64,000 bases of DNA from Macrostomum hystrix (taxonomy: Eukaryota > Animalia > Platyhelminthes). A program made the position numbers and the translations under genes. Numbering within the stretch: the stretch's first letter is position 1; each line of letters begins with the position of its first letter. The stretch covers positions 8,184,001-8,248,000 of the forward strand of contig CATNEN010000001.1 of assembly GCA_950097015.1 (NCBI GenBank). The letters are read 5' to 3'. Of this stretch, positions 14,451 through 26,610 are shown one piece after another. Below the pieces are notes generated by a model, which saw only the letters and a program-made list of their open reading frames with translations, ran no database searches and was not told the origin of the DNA.

Positions 14451-15556
14451 TGTGATATTTTTCTCTATCACCACGTGATTTGTCTCATTTCTCATTCTCA
14501 ATTCTCTTATTTCGAAGATGGAACGCAACGGCATAATTATTGTTTTGGTTGCCTTTGTTATTAATAATGAATAATTAACTATTATAATTCATACTGACAT
14601 TAATAGAGTCACTCACATTTATATTTTTTATACTAGAAAGCTAATGACAAAACACTGAAAAATATATATATTTCGCATCTTTGACACGTGGCTGAATTGA
14701 TCAATGACGAGACAATTATGCCGTTATTGTATCAATATAAAACAGGCCCCGAGGAGAAATCACTTGTTATAGTTTAGTGACAGAAGCTACTGAAGTATAT
14801 CAAAGCCTATGTGGACTGTATTGGGTTGTTGCAGTCTGTGACTCTTAAAAGCTCATCGATTATCAGCTAATAAATTAATTGGATTGGCGACTCAAATTTA
14901 TAGTTGTTGTCCTTGAGCTCGGATCAGAGCTACTAAGAATCTATCGCATTGATTTCCCTAAGGTTCTAGGTGCTACTGTACCTAAAGCTCCCATTTACTT
15001 TTTTCTTTACTAAATTCAGAATCAAAATTACAGACTCAAAATCTTCTGTTGATTCTGTTCGCCGATGGTTTAGGCAAAGATAATTGGCAGTTGAATTCCA
15101 TCCTATTCCTTCTATAGTAGTATTTATCCTATTTTTTTAAACAGAACGACATCTCATATAGGTTTAGTTTTGTGTCTTTGACCCTAATGCGCTCAAGTGT
15201 TCTCAAGTTACCCCGCCGCATCTTAAAACACTGAAAATGCCGAGTTCCTAGCTCTTTTGTGTTCTCATCTGTCTTTTTTTCCTTTGTTCAGTTCTCAAAG
15301 ACCATTCCGTTTGATATGCTAGTAGACAATGATGCTTACCCAGTATTATCCTCATTACACTGTCCTGAATTTTCGGCGAAAATTTAATTGGATCTCATTG
15401 GCAGTGTTTATTATTCTCTGCGCGTTTTTCCGACAAAGGTTTTTCCGTTTCTATATTATTTTGTTGGTAAATTTTAAGCAATTTATTTCGCTAGCGGTTT
15501 CAAAATTATTATTAGTTTTTTACCACCTCACGTCTCAGGTACAGCCGTTGATTGAC

Positions 15557-17142
15557 ATGTTAATTCTGTGCGGCCTCGTTGGCATTATCTGGGGCGTCAC
15601 CAATGCTCTGATGAAAGCTAGCACAACTGCGCCAGTTGAGAACGCATCGTACAGTTTGAAGTCTCTGCTAAGAAATTGGAAGGTTGGTGCATCACGGCTT
15701 GTACATGTCTAGCTGTGGTCTCATCTATGCACTGAATCTTCTAACAAAGACCCATTGTCCCTTAACAGTAAAAACACCACGATATTGCTCATGTGTCATG
15801 GAGAAAGACCTTCACGATAGCTCCCAAACCGAATGACAGATTTGCGTAAAAGTCCATCATCACGATCAACATTTTCCGCATTCTACGATAGACTAACTTA
15901 CAAGGCTGTCCGAGTCAGAATCATCGTGATATTCAGCGAATCAGCGATTCCTGTCGAGGCGGTACTGAAAAGAGCCGCATTCTGCAAGGCAATTCTGCCC
16001 ATTCCACTGACCCATGTACACACACTCACACAGGTGTGTACATCTGCCCTGACTTTCTCATCGTGCCTTTGGGGGTTGGCCCTTAAGGGCGTAAATTTCA
16101 CAACAAGCCCCCAAACCCCAAATAAATGTGGCCTCGACTCAAAATAGTGTAATGTAGCTCGTACTTACGAGTGTAATCTTTCCTACTTTAAATCTGAGAC
16201 TCAGCCGCATGTTTTAATTTGCAGTATCTAGTCGCCCTAGCAACCAACCAGTCGGCCTCCCTGCTATTTCTGTGGAGCCTAGCCGAGTCCAGTCTCTCTG
16301 CAGCTGTCCCTCTGACCAACACGGTCACATTTCTGGCCACTTCCGTCACCGGCTGGTTTGTCAGCGGCGAGAAGCTCTCCCTGTCGAGTAAGTTTGCGTT
16401 TCAGGCCTGATGTACTTCATGTGTGAGTGTGTGCCTGCGTACGCTACTAGTACGCTAATAATAATAATTTCAGGAGGGCCGCGGGCAATGACACATCATT
16501 TGGTGACACTAGACCCGCAGCCAGCGAGGAGGCAATTCTACCCATTTCGCTGACTCCTGAGCACACACTCACACAGATACTGTACGCAGTCACACACTCA
16601 CACAGATACTGTACGCAGTCACACGCTCACACAGATACTGTACGCAGTCACACGCTCACACAGATACTGTACGCAGTCACACGCTCACACAGATACTGTA
16701 CGCAGTCACACGCTCACACAGATACTGTACGCAGTCACACGCTCACACAGATACTGTACGCAGTCACACGCTCACACAGGTGTGTACACTGCCCCTGTGC
16801 CTTGGAGGTTGACCCTCAAAGGCGTAAATTGCACGACAAGCCAAAAAAACACTTCTACCCGCGGCTGCGCCCCAAAGAAATGTGGCCTCGCCGCGGAATT
16901 GAGCTCAGGCACCTTGGTGCGAGAGGCACACGCGTTAACCGCTCTGCCACCCACCCCCTTCAGCTTCAGCTGAAATTTATAAGAAACTTTTGTAACTTAG
17001 CATGCTGATTTTTAGTGAGATTTTTTACTGCCTAGCAATCAGAACCGCACAATAACATTATCCCTTTGTTTAATTACACCCAGCTCTCGGAGCCATGGCC
17101 CTGATGTCTGCTGGAATTTACCTTTGCGTCACCTCCACCTGA
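15557..17142 (+). CDS. TMEM234: TMEM234-like small membrane protein (EamA/DMT fold), 3 exons
   Basis: Exons 15557-15682, 16225-16387 and 17084-17142 have GT-AG boundaries in phase. Peptide LVGIIWGVTNALMK...YLVALATNQSASLLF...AVPLTNTVTF...GEKL...GIYLCVTST matches the TMEM234 pattern. AATAAA at 17285. Confidence 0.85.
16456..16957 (-). mobile_element. tRNA-derived SINE family 1, full copy with internal 29-bp tandem expansion
   Basis: On the - strand: A box TGGCAGAGCGG, B-box-like sequence, 3' hairpin GGCTGCGGG/CCCGCGGCC and (ATT)n tail. Homologous copies at 30606 and 37094. Confidence 0.85.
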
Positions 17143-17398
17143 CAGCTGGGAGAAGTCACCGAGTGAAAAAAACTCGTTTGTTGATCAATTTTAACATGTA
17201 AATTCTCTTTTGTGCATATATACGAATGCAGAGCCGATGCTTTGCTTTTTGTATACTATAAGTAAAGCAATCTTAGATTAACTGAATAAACATGCACTGC
17301 AATTCACTTTTTATATATTTTGTTTTAAACTTCTCTTCGTATGAGCACGAAAAAAAGACCCCTTAAATGTCTGTTCTTTATTTGAAGGTGGAAGATGC

Positions 17399-19816
17399 GA
17401 TTCTAGCTAAGGATCTTGGTGGGATTCCAGCTAAGGGTCTTGGTGAGATTCCAGCTAAGGATCTTGGTGAGATTCCAGCTAATGATCTTGGTGAGATTCC
17501 AGCTAAGGATCTTGGTGAGATTCCAGCTAAGGATCTTGGTGAGATTCCAGCTAATGATCTTGGTGAGATTCCAGCTAATGATCTTGGTGGGATTCCAGCT
17601 AAGGGTCTTGGTGAGATTCCAGCTAAGGATCTTGGTGAGATTCCAGCTAATGATCTTGGTGAGATTCCAGCTAAGGATCTTGGTGAGATTCCAGCTAAGG
17701 ATCTTGGTGAGATTCCAGCTAAGGATCTTGGTGAGATTCCAGCTAAGGGTCTTGGTGAGATTCCAGCTAATGATCTTGGTGAGATTCCAGCTAATGATCT
17801 TGGTGAGATTCCAGCTAATGATCTTGGTGAAGTTCCAGCTAATGATCTTGGTGAGATTCCAGCTAATGATCTTGGTGAGATTCCAGCTAAGGATCTTGGT
17901 GAGATTCCAGCTAATGATCTTGGTGAGATTCCAGCTAAGGATCTTGGTGAGATTCTAGCTAAGGATCTTGGTGAGATTCCAGCTAATGATCTTGGTGAGA
18001 TTCTAGCTAAGGATCTTGGTGAGATTCTAGCTAAGGATCTTGGTGAGATTCCAGCTAATGATCTTGGTGAGATTCCAGCTAAGGATCTTGGTGAGATTCC
18101 AGCTAAGGATCTTGGTGAGATTCTAGCTAAGGGTCTTGGTGAGATTCTAGCTATGGATCTTGGTGAGATTCCAGCTAAGGATCTTGGTGAGATTCTAGCT
18201 AAGGGTCTTGATGAGATTCCAGCTAAGGATCTTGGTGAGATTCCAGCTAACGATCTTGGTGAGATTCCAGCTAATGATCTTGGTGAGATTCTAGCTAAGG
18301 ATCTTGGTGAGATTCTAGCTAAGGATCTTGGTGAGATTCCAGCTAATGATCTTGGTGAGATTCCAGCTAAGGGTCTTGGTGAGATTCCAGCTAAGGATCT
18401 TGGTAAGATTCCAGCTAAGGATCTTGGTGAGATTCTCGCTAAGGATCTTGGTGAGATTCTAGCTAAGGATCTTGGTGAGATTCTCGCTAAGGATCTTGGT
18501 GAGATTCTAGCTAAGGGTCTTGGTGAGATTCTAGCTAAGGGTCTTGGTGAGATTCTAGCTAAGGGTCTTGGTGAGATTCCAGCTAACGATCTTGGTGAGA
18601 TTCTAGCTAAGGATCTTGGTGAGATTCTAGCTAAGGATCTTGGTGAGATTCTAGCTAAGGGTCTTGGTGAGATTCTAGCTAAGGGTCTTGGTGAGATTCT
18701 AGCTAAGGGTCTTGGTGAGATTCCAGCTAACGATCTTGGTGAGATTCTAGCTAAGGGTCTTGGTGAGATTCTAGCTAAGGGTCTTGGTGAGATTCTAGCT
18801 AAGGATCTTGGTGAGATTTCAGCTAAGGATCTTGGTGAGATTCTCGCTAAGGATCTTGGTGAGATTCTAGCTAAGGGTCTTGGCGAGATTCCAGCTAAGG
18901 ATCTTGGTGAGATTCCAGCTAAGGATCTTGGTGAGATTCCAGCTAAGGATCTTGGTGAGATTCTAGCTAAGGATCTTGGTGAGATTCTCGCTAAGGATCT
19001 TGGTGAGATTCCAGCTAAGGATCTTGGTGAGATTCCAGCTAAGGGTCTTGGTGAGATTCTAGCTAAGGGTCTTGGTGAGATTCCAGCTAAGGATCTTGGT
19101 GAGATTCTAGCTAAGGGTCTTGGTGAGATTCTAGCTAAGGGTCTTGGTGAGATTCTAGCTAAGGATCTTGGTGAGATTCTCGCTAAGGATCTTGGTGAGA
19201 TTCTAGCTAAGGGTCTTGGTGAGATTCCAGCTAAGGGTCTTGGTGAGATTCTAGCTAAGGGTCTTGGTGAGATTCTAGCTAAGGGTCTTGGTGAGATTCC
19301 AGCTAATGATCTTAGTGAGATTCCAGCTAATGATCTTGGTGAGATTCTAGCTAAGGATCTTGGTGAGATTCCAGCTAAGGATCTTGGTGAGATTCTAGCT
19401 AAGGATCTTGGTGAGATTCCAGCTAAGGATCTTGGTGAGATTCTAGCTAAGGATCTTGGTGAGATTCCAGCTAAGGATCTTGGTGAGATTCTAGCTAAGG
19501 GTCTTGGTGAGATTCTAGCTAAGGGTCTTGGTGAGATTCCAGCTAAGGATCTTGGTGAGATTCTAGCTAAGGATCTTGGTGAGATTCCAGCTAAGGATCT
19601 TGGTGAGATTCTAGCTAAGGATCTTGGTGAGATTCCAGCTAAGGATCTTGGTGAGATTCTAGCTAAGGATCTTGGTGAGATTCCAGCTAAGGATCTTGGT
19701 GAGATTCTAGCTAAGGATCTTGGTGAGATTCCAGCTAAGGATCTTGGTGAGATTCTAGCTAAGGATCTTGGTGAGATTCCAGCTAAGGATCTTGGTGAGA
19801 TTCTAGCTAAGGGTCT
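17399..19816. repeat. 24-bp minisatellite (GATTCCAGCTAAGGATCTTGGTGA), about 100 copies
   Basis: Direct tandem repeat; source of the 833-aa ORF. Confidence 0.95.
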
Positions 19817-20438
19817 TTCGAAAAATCTTTTGCCGAAAATTCCAGCTTTTTCTTGCTTTTTCGACTAGTTTTAAACAAGAGGCTTGCAAAACTGTCTTTT
19901 TTAATTTTTTATGACGTGTTCTAGGTCAAGGTCACCCGTCATGTGCTACTACTATGCAGTGTTAAGCTAAAATGCATACAGCATTTCTTTGTCTCTGTAC
20001 ATGTAACGCGTTCATCTCATGCTGAAGAGAAGCTTTAGACTCCTGCAGTTTTCACAGCCCATTCGAATGGAATTTGAAGAAAAAGGAGGGAGGCGAGATT
20101 GAGCTGGTCATTTTCTATCTTACTTGAGTCTCGTAGATAAAAATGAGTTGCAAGCTCGGTTGCTGAAATAGCAATGAACACACAATGCGAGAAATCTGCA
20201 CAGTTTCTGGTGGGAAAAAGAACAATGAAAAACCAGTGGACAGTAAGTTTTCAGCTAATTCCTAGCCCTCGATGGACGTCATTGAACTTGCAAAGCGAGT
20301 TGTCTATTTTTTGCTCCTATTTCTTTCTATATAGCGAGTGAGACAATATTTCGTCTTTCATAATGAAATAAAAAGTTGAGTTGCAAAGACTTTAAAAACG
20401 ACTTTGCTGCTAAGACCGAACAATACTGAACAAGAATC

Positions 20439-23400
20439 ATGCAAAGGTCTACAAAGCATCGATGCCTTGTTTTCTGTATCTGTTTTATAGTTTTCATTTT
20501 GTATATTCCTAAGGTCGAAGCGACGCGATACAAGTTTGGTAAGTTTTCTGATTGCATCGTGTAGAAATAATAGAAATAATGTTAGAATATTAGATTTAAA
20601 AGAATCTATATGTGCGAGCGTAATATCGATGGCCTTGAGAAATGGAAATTTAATCTCGGTCAACCTCAGTGACCTTGAAGGAATCCCAGTGACCTTGATA
20701 ATCGGGAAAGAAAATACCTCGTGACCTAGAAAATGGAAAGTTAACCACAGTGACCTTGAAAATCAAAGAGAACTTTAGTGACCGTGAAAGCGATAGAATG
20801 TAAACCCCAGTGACCTTGAAAATCAAAGAGAACTTTAGTGACCGTGAAAGCGATAGAATGTAAACCCCAGTGACCTTGAAAATCAAAGAGAACTTTAGTG
20901 ACCGTGAAAGCGATAGAATGTAAACCCCAGTGACTTCGAAAATGAAAAGCAAAATGGCGGTGACGTTATTATCGTTAAAGCCATGCCGATGAAGCTTAAC
21001 AATCTCGAGATGGGTAAGCCCACAGCCTCTGGAAATTGAAAGTAGTAAATCCAAAAAATGTATTTCTTAGTTGACCTTGAAGATAGCAAACCTCGCCAAC
21101 CCAAAGAGGAAGCCATGTTAATATTATGAAATCATTTAAACCTTTCAAAAATTGAATTTTTGTTTGAATCAACTCGGCAGTACTTTTCTGGCCGAAGCCC
21201 GGAGCTGTCGACAGCGCAGACGCCGAGTTTCTAAAGGTGTTTCGCGGCAGCCTAGCCAAGCTTTGCCGCGATCAAGACGCTGCTCTTCCCGCCGACTTTG
21301 CCGTGGAATTTGAAGAATACCTTCTGCCGGAGAATCCGCCATTCAGTCTGCTAGCTTCGTGTAACTTTCTAGTCTTGATTAAGGAGTAGTCGATTTAAAA
21401 AATATCCTAAAAATTAACAACATACTCAACCCGAAACTAAATCAATCCACTCAGACGCCAATCGTCTCAGAAACTCTTCCGCTGATATAGTATTCGCTGG
21501 AACAACATCCGCTAGCCCGTTGATTCGCAGCCATCTCGCCTCCCTGGTGGCGCCTCGTCCGCTACATTGGGTCGACCCGCCGCAGCTGTCAAGCCTCACT
21601 AGTGTCCTGTATCAAATCATTCGCATTGTGCAGCGTCCAGGTCTAGCATCCGGCCTCTCTCCAGTGGAAGAAAAAAATAAATTAGTCATTGTTGTTGGAT
21701 CGCCCTACCGACTGTCTGATGTTGAACCGCTGGTTGGCTTGTTCAAATTTGGCGTGATTTGTTTCACAGTTAACAGCTCAGATATATACGAGACGTTGAA
21801 TCAGGTGCGTGATTCCGGAGTGACAACAATACTTCTGCTGGCTAGTAGGAGCGACACTCGATGGTTCTTGGACGCCGGACTTGACACCAGCTTGTGGAGT
21901 CCGGAGTATCAATGGATTCTCTATGACTCGGTGAGGATTAGGGAGTCACAGAAGGGATTTATTAAGATAGAATTTCTCGAAAGACGCTCCTTGAGAACTG
22001 GACCTATTCTAAAGACACTCCCGAAAGAACTGGACCTATTCTAAAGACACTCCCGAAAGAACTGGACCTATTCTAAAGACACTCCCGAAAGAACTGGACC
22101 TATTCTAAAGACACTCCCGAAAGAACTGGACCTATTCTAAAGACACTCCCGAAAGAACTGGACCTATTCTAAAGACACTCCCGAAAGAACTGGACCTATT
22201 CTAAAGACACTCCCGAAAGAACTGGACCTATTCTAAAGACACTCCCGAAAGAACTGGACCTATTCTAAAGACACTCCCGAAAGAACTGGACCTATTCTAA
22301 AGACACTCCCGAAAGAACTGGACCTATTCTAAAGACACTCCCGAAAGAACTGGACCTATTCTAAAGACACTCCCGAAAGAACTGGACCTATTCTAAAGAC
22401 ACTCCCGAAAGAACTGGACCTATTCTAAAGACACTCCCGAAAGAACTGGACCTATTCAAAGGACCAGTTACCAAATGGACTGGACCTTATCGAACTGGAA
22501 TTTTTAGATTCCGATTTTCGTCGCAGCTATTTACGTCCTAACTAGGGTCACATGTAGTACAGATAAATGCACCAAAACGATCATAAATGCATCCCTAGCT
22601 AAATTATGTTCGACTATTTGTTTAAATATTTTAATTAAAGAATATTACGAAGCGATTCATAATGTCATTCAAATGACTTTCAGGCTCTTATTTTCGACGT
22701 GAAATCAAATTTGATGTCGGCCAACTCCAAAAACATCACCTCGATTGAGTTCGGACCGTACGATGAGACAGAGTTTGAGCTTTTGAACACTATCGAAGAT
22801 GTTATGCTCTACGACCTGCTGGGCATCTGGACTGCCTACTTGGGCAATATGACTTGCAATGTAAGAGCAGACATAGTTTTTTTAATTTTAGACATTTTTA
22901 TCCATAATTGGTATCCATTGTTACATTCCAGGCGCCAGTAAACAATACGACATATGTTGGTCTCACGGGCCAATTTAACCTATCGAGTGATCAGACTTTT
23001 GTGAGGCACGATTGGCAAATGCAAATTTATGCGAACTTGCTCAGTGATTCTGTTGCGGTAAGCGCAAAACTCTGCGAATATCTAAGGATTGTGACTTTAG
23101 AAAACTACAAGGATTCTTCTCAATCATCCATTTTATCAGATTGGCAATTTTTCAACTGTCGGTCGTTTTGCCATGTCCGTGCAAAAACCAAGATTCAACA
23201 ATCGAGAAAGTATTCTAAACGATTATCGCAAGATTAATCTCACGGTACTTGTCATTCCGGTAAGTTTGGGATTGTGTCATGGTGGCCCTTCTAAAAATCG
23301 GTTAAATCATAGAGTATAGATCTCAAACGAATGGTTTAAGTCCTGCGATTAAATTATCCAATTTCACTGAGCAATTACTCATCAATGTACAATAGGTTGG

Positions 23401-25638
23401 GAAATTTGGTGTCACAAGTGTACTTTGAGGGATGGGAAATTTGTATCGATTTAAAAGAAAGTCCCTTCTCTGCTTTTCTTTAACAAAAAAACAGGGCAGC
23501 CAGTACGTGCGCTTCAAAGAAGGCTTGGAGAATCGGACAGATTTGCCGTTGAAGCAGCGTCTTGAAGGCTTGTCGTTCGATTTGTGCATGGAAGTTCTTG
23601 CTAATCTTGGGGTGAGCGTGATTCTGCATAAAAGTCTGTCTAGAATTGCTATAAATAGTTCTATACGGTAATTCTGGCATGCTTAAAAACTAAGGGATCA
23701 GACACTAGACCCGCAGCCAGCGAGGATGCAGTTCTGCCCATTTCGCTGACTCCTGAGCACACGCTCACAGGTACTGTACGCAGGCACGCACTCACGCAGG
23801 TGCCCTGAATCATGTACCATAGTCCTTATCTGTGTGCCAATCTGTGTACATGTGTGCGCTCAGGGGTGAAGGGGGTTATAAGAATATAACCCCTCCGGGC
23901 TGGCTGCGGGTCGACTCTCACCAGATGCGCGCCCATGCACAAGCCACCTGCAAATAGTGTCACTCAATTATTCGTCGCGACTTACCGCGCCATATTTTCC
24001 ATCCGCAGCTGAAGAACTTCACAGTCTACATTCAGGAGGATCTGGTGTACGGCGCACAGGACGCGGAAGGAGGTTGGAACGGCCTGATTGGCGCCCTCAT
24101 CGGCGGGGTCGCCGACTTGGCCTGCGTCGACCTAACACCGACCTCCGCCCGTATGGAGGTGGTCGATTTCAGCTTGCCTTATTTCTCTACGAATTTATCG
24201 ATCTTATACAAGCAGAACACGAAAGATGCAACCAAGGAGATGTTCCAGTTCATGTTTCCTTTTAACACGGCTACCTGGTTTTATCTACTGGCCGCTATGG
24301 TTGCGCTGGCCATTGTGCTGGCTATCCTTCATAGAATCAGCCCCAACAGCCAGCTCTTCGACCTGAGGTACAGCATGTTCTTCTCGTTCGCTTCTCTTGT
24401 GCAGGTGAGCGACGGGGCTGTGTCGGGCACAAAGTTATCACTGTTTACCTATTCTCACCCTAAATCTCTTTGATTCTCACCCTAAATCTCGTTGATTCTC
24501 ATCCTAAGACTGTGTCATTTTCATCCCAAATCTGTCTCATTCCCATTATCCCAGGGCATTGTTGGCAACATTCCGGACAGGCCAAGTGGTCGCATTGTCG
24601 TGTGCGCCTATTGGCTGTTCGTGCTAATCATGTTGGTATCGTACGTTAGCAACTACGCAGCAATGCGGACACTCGCCCGGCTCAATGTTGACATCACAAC
24701 TGTGTCTAGCCTGTTGGACCAGTCCACCTACACCTATGGAACTCTGTCCAATTCCTCGTTGTCCTCGGTGTTCGCCGACTCAACTTTCAACGAAATGCGG
24801 CGAATTTTTCAGTCGATGCGGAGATTTCCTAACGGTCTATTCACTGATCCCAAAGTGGCTGAGGAAGCTGTTAAGTTAGGCAATTTCGCCGCAGTTTTGG
24901 ACACGCCAACCAACATGTACCTGAAGCAGCTCATCTGTGACTCAATTGTCACTGGCAATTTTGACAACACCGACACCTCGTTTGGCCTGCCTCGCCGATC
25001 TGATCTCAAACTGGTGATTGATGAGGAACTGCTGAAACTGATGACTAACGGACGGGTCGATCAGCTTTACAACAAGTGAGCAGTCTTTATGACTTTAATA
25101 AAAAAATAATTTCTGGAGGGCTGTGGGCAATGGCACATCGTTTGGTGAAACCCTGAGCTGACTCCTGAGCACACACGCACACAGATACCGCACGCAGGCA
25201 TACGCTCAGACCTCAAGGTCAGAAGTTAGAATCTCAAATAACCACATAATCATCCACATTGTCCCATAATCAGAGGAATGCGATTCATTGTTAAACGCAT
25301 GGACAGAAATTTCGTTCCGGTTAAAAAATCTCCCCTACCCCCTCAGATACTTTCAAGTGCCGCTGTCGTCACGTCCGAAATGCACCGCTAATCCTTTGGC
25401 CGGGGCGATACCCACTGAGCCAGTGGATCTGGAGCCGCGATCTGGAGCGCTAACCCTGCACAACACCCTGGGCCTGCTAGTGGTCAACATTGTTGGCTGC
25501 TGTTTGACCCTAATAGCTGCCACATTTGAGTACTTGTTCAACATGCGAAAGATGCACAATGAGAAGGATCAAAAGTCCGTGCAGCTGAGAAGGCGTAGCG
25601 TGATTACTGATCTGTTTAGCAGGCAGAGCACAGTTTGA
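20439..25638 (+). CDS. Divergent ionotropic glutamate receptor-family subunit (paralog 1), 10 exons
   Basis: Exons 20439-20538 (signal peptide), 21181-21360, 21455-21930, 22684-22860, 22932-23057, 23140-23259, 23495-23611, 24009-24404, 24555-25075 and 25347-25638, all GT-AG and in phase. Motifs: WNGLIGALIGGVADL...TSARMEVVDFSLPY (S1), FMFPF, SGR..W (M3), YGTL (S2), M4. Confidence 0.9.
20748..20938. repeat. 60-bp tandem repeat x3 (intron 1 of iGluR paralog 1)
   Basis: Identical 60-bp lines with a GTGACC sub-repeat. Confidence 0.9.
21994..22457. repeat. Perfect 32-bp minisatellite (GAACTGGACCTATTCTAAAGACACTCCCGAAA), about 14 copies
   Basis: Identical tandem units with no spacers; intronic. Confidence 0.95.
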
Positions 25639-26610
25639 CCCGGATCTGAGTGAAAGCTATGAAGATTCTGGTTGAATGTAGACAGCTACATCAGATCCGG
25701 GAAAGAAGGAATCTTAATACTCGTATAGCTGACATTGTCAGAGGTTGATATTCATGCCTTGTGCACATTTTAACGTGTGAAAAGTCATCCCAATTGGCTT
25801 AGAAGTTCACTTTTTTATGACTTTAAGCTTTATGACTTTAAGCGAACAAATTGGAATCATTTTGGACTTATATGCATGTCACATTATTTAAAAAATCTAT
25901 TAATTATTTTATATATCGCATTTATAACGCCACCTACGAGTATTTTGCTTCTCGACATCTCGCATAAAATAAGTACACGGTATATTTTTTGTTATACTGG
26001 ACTAGAAAAGCTCCCACTAACTATAACTTAACTGAACGAACCACGAACGAATCAGCGAAAACGTTAAACATAAATTATTTGTTAAACGAGTACAAAAGTT
26101 TGTCTATAATACGAATTCCTGAATACATGTGTACATAAATACGCAACTACACAACTAACAAAATGTATGCAAGTAACTTCTTGGTTGCAACTTAATGTGA
26201 TTTGGCCAGATATGTACAATACGTGTAAAAGTCACTATGAAAAAGAATACCGAAAATAAATATGGAACTGATAAAAGTGAAAAGCAAGAAACTTTGCGCT
26301 CTTTTGTGCCTGCTCATCGTTCTTCAGATATATTTTTCGATTTGGGAGCGAATGATACATGGAAATCTAGAAATTTTCATATAGAAATTGAGTACAGTTT
26401 GATTTATATAAGGATATTAAAGAATTCTGACATGATATCATGTTAAAGGGTTAACTTTTAATTACAAATTGACAAGAAAATAATGGTTTACAGAATACTA
26501 CTATAACTTAGATAGTTATACATATATATAATGTAAAAATTTTCATATTGTGAGCCAAAAAAAAATTATTCTCATCGACTCAAGCCGACGATTCCATTTG
26601 GTCCAAATCG

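Noticed and set aside
21994-22457. CRISPR-like 32-bp repeats (also the 40-bp arrays)
   Set aside because: Head-to-tail units with no unique spacers, intronic, and no cas genes.
24402-24554. Q/R-type RNA editing at the exon-terminal CAG
   Set aside because: No complementary intronic sequence seen.
25639-25701. SECIS element
   Set aside because: ATGA...GA spacing is too short for helix II plus the apical loop.
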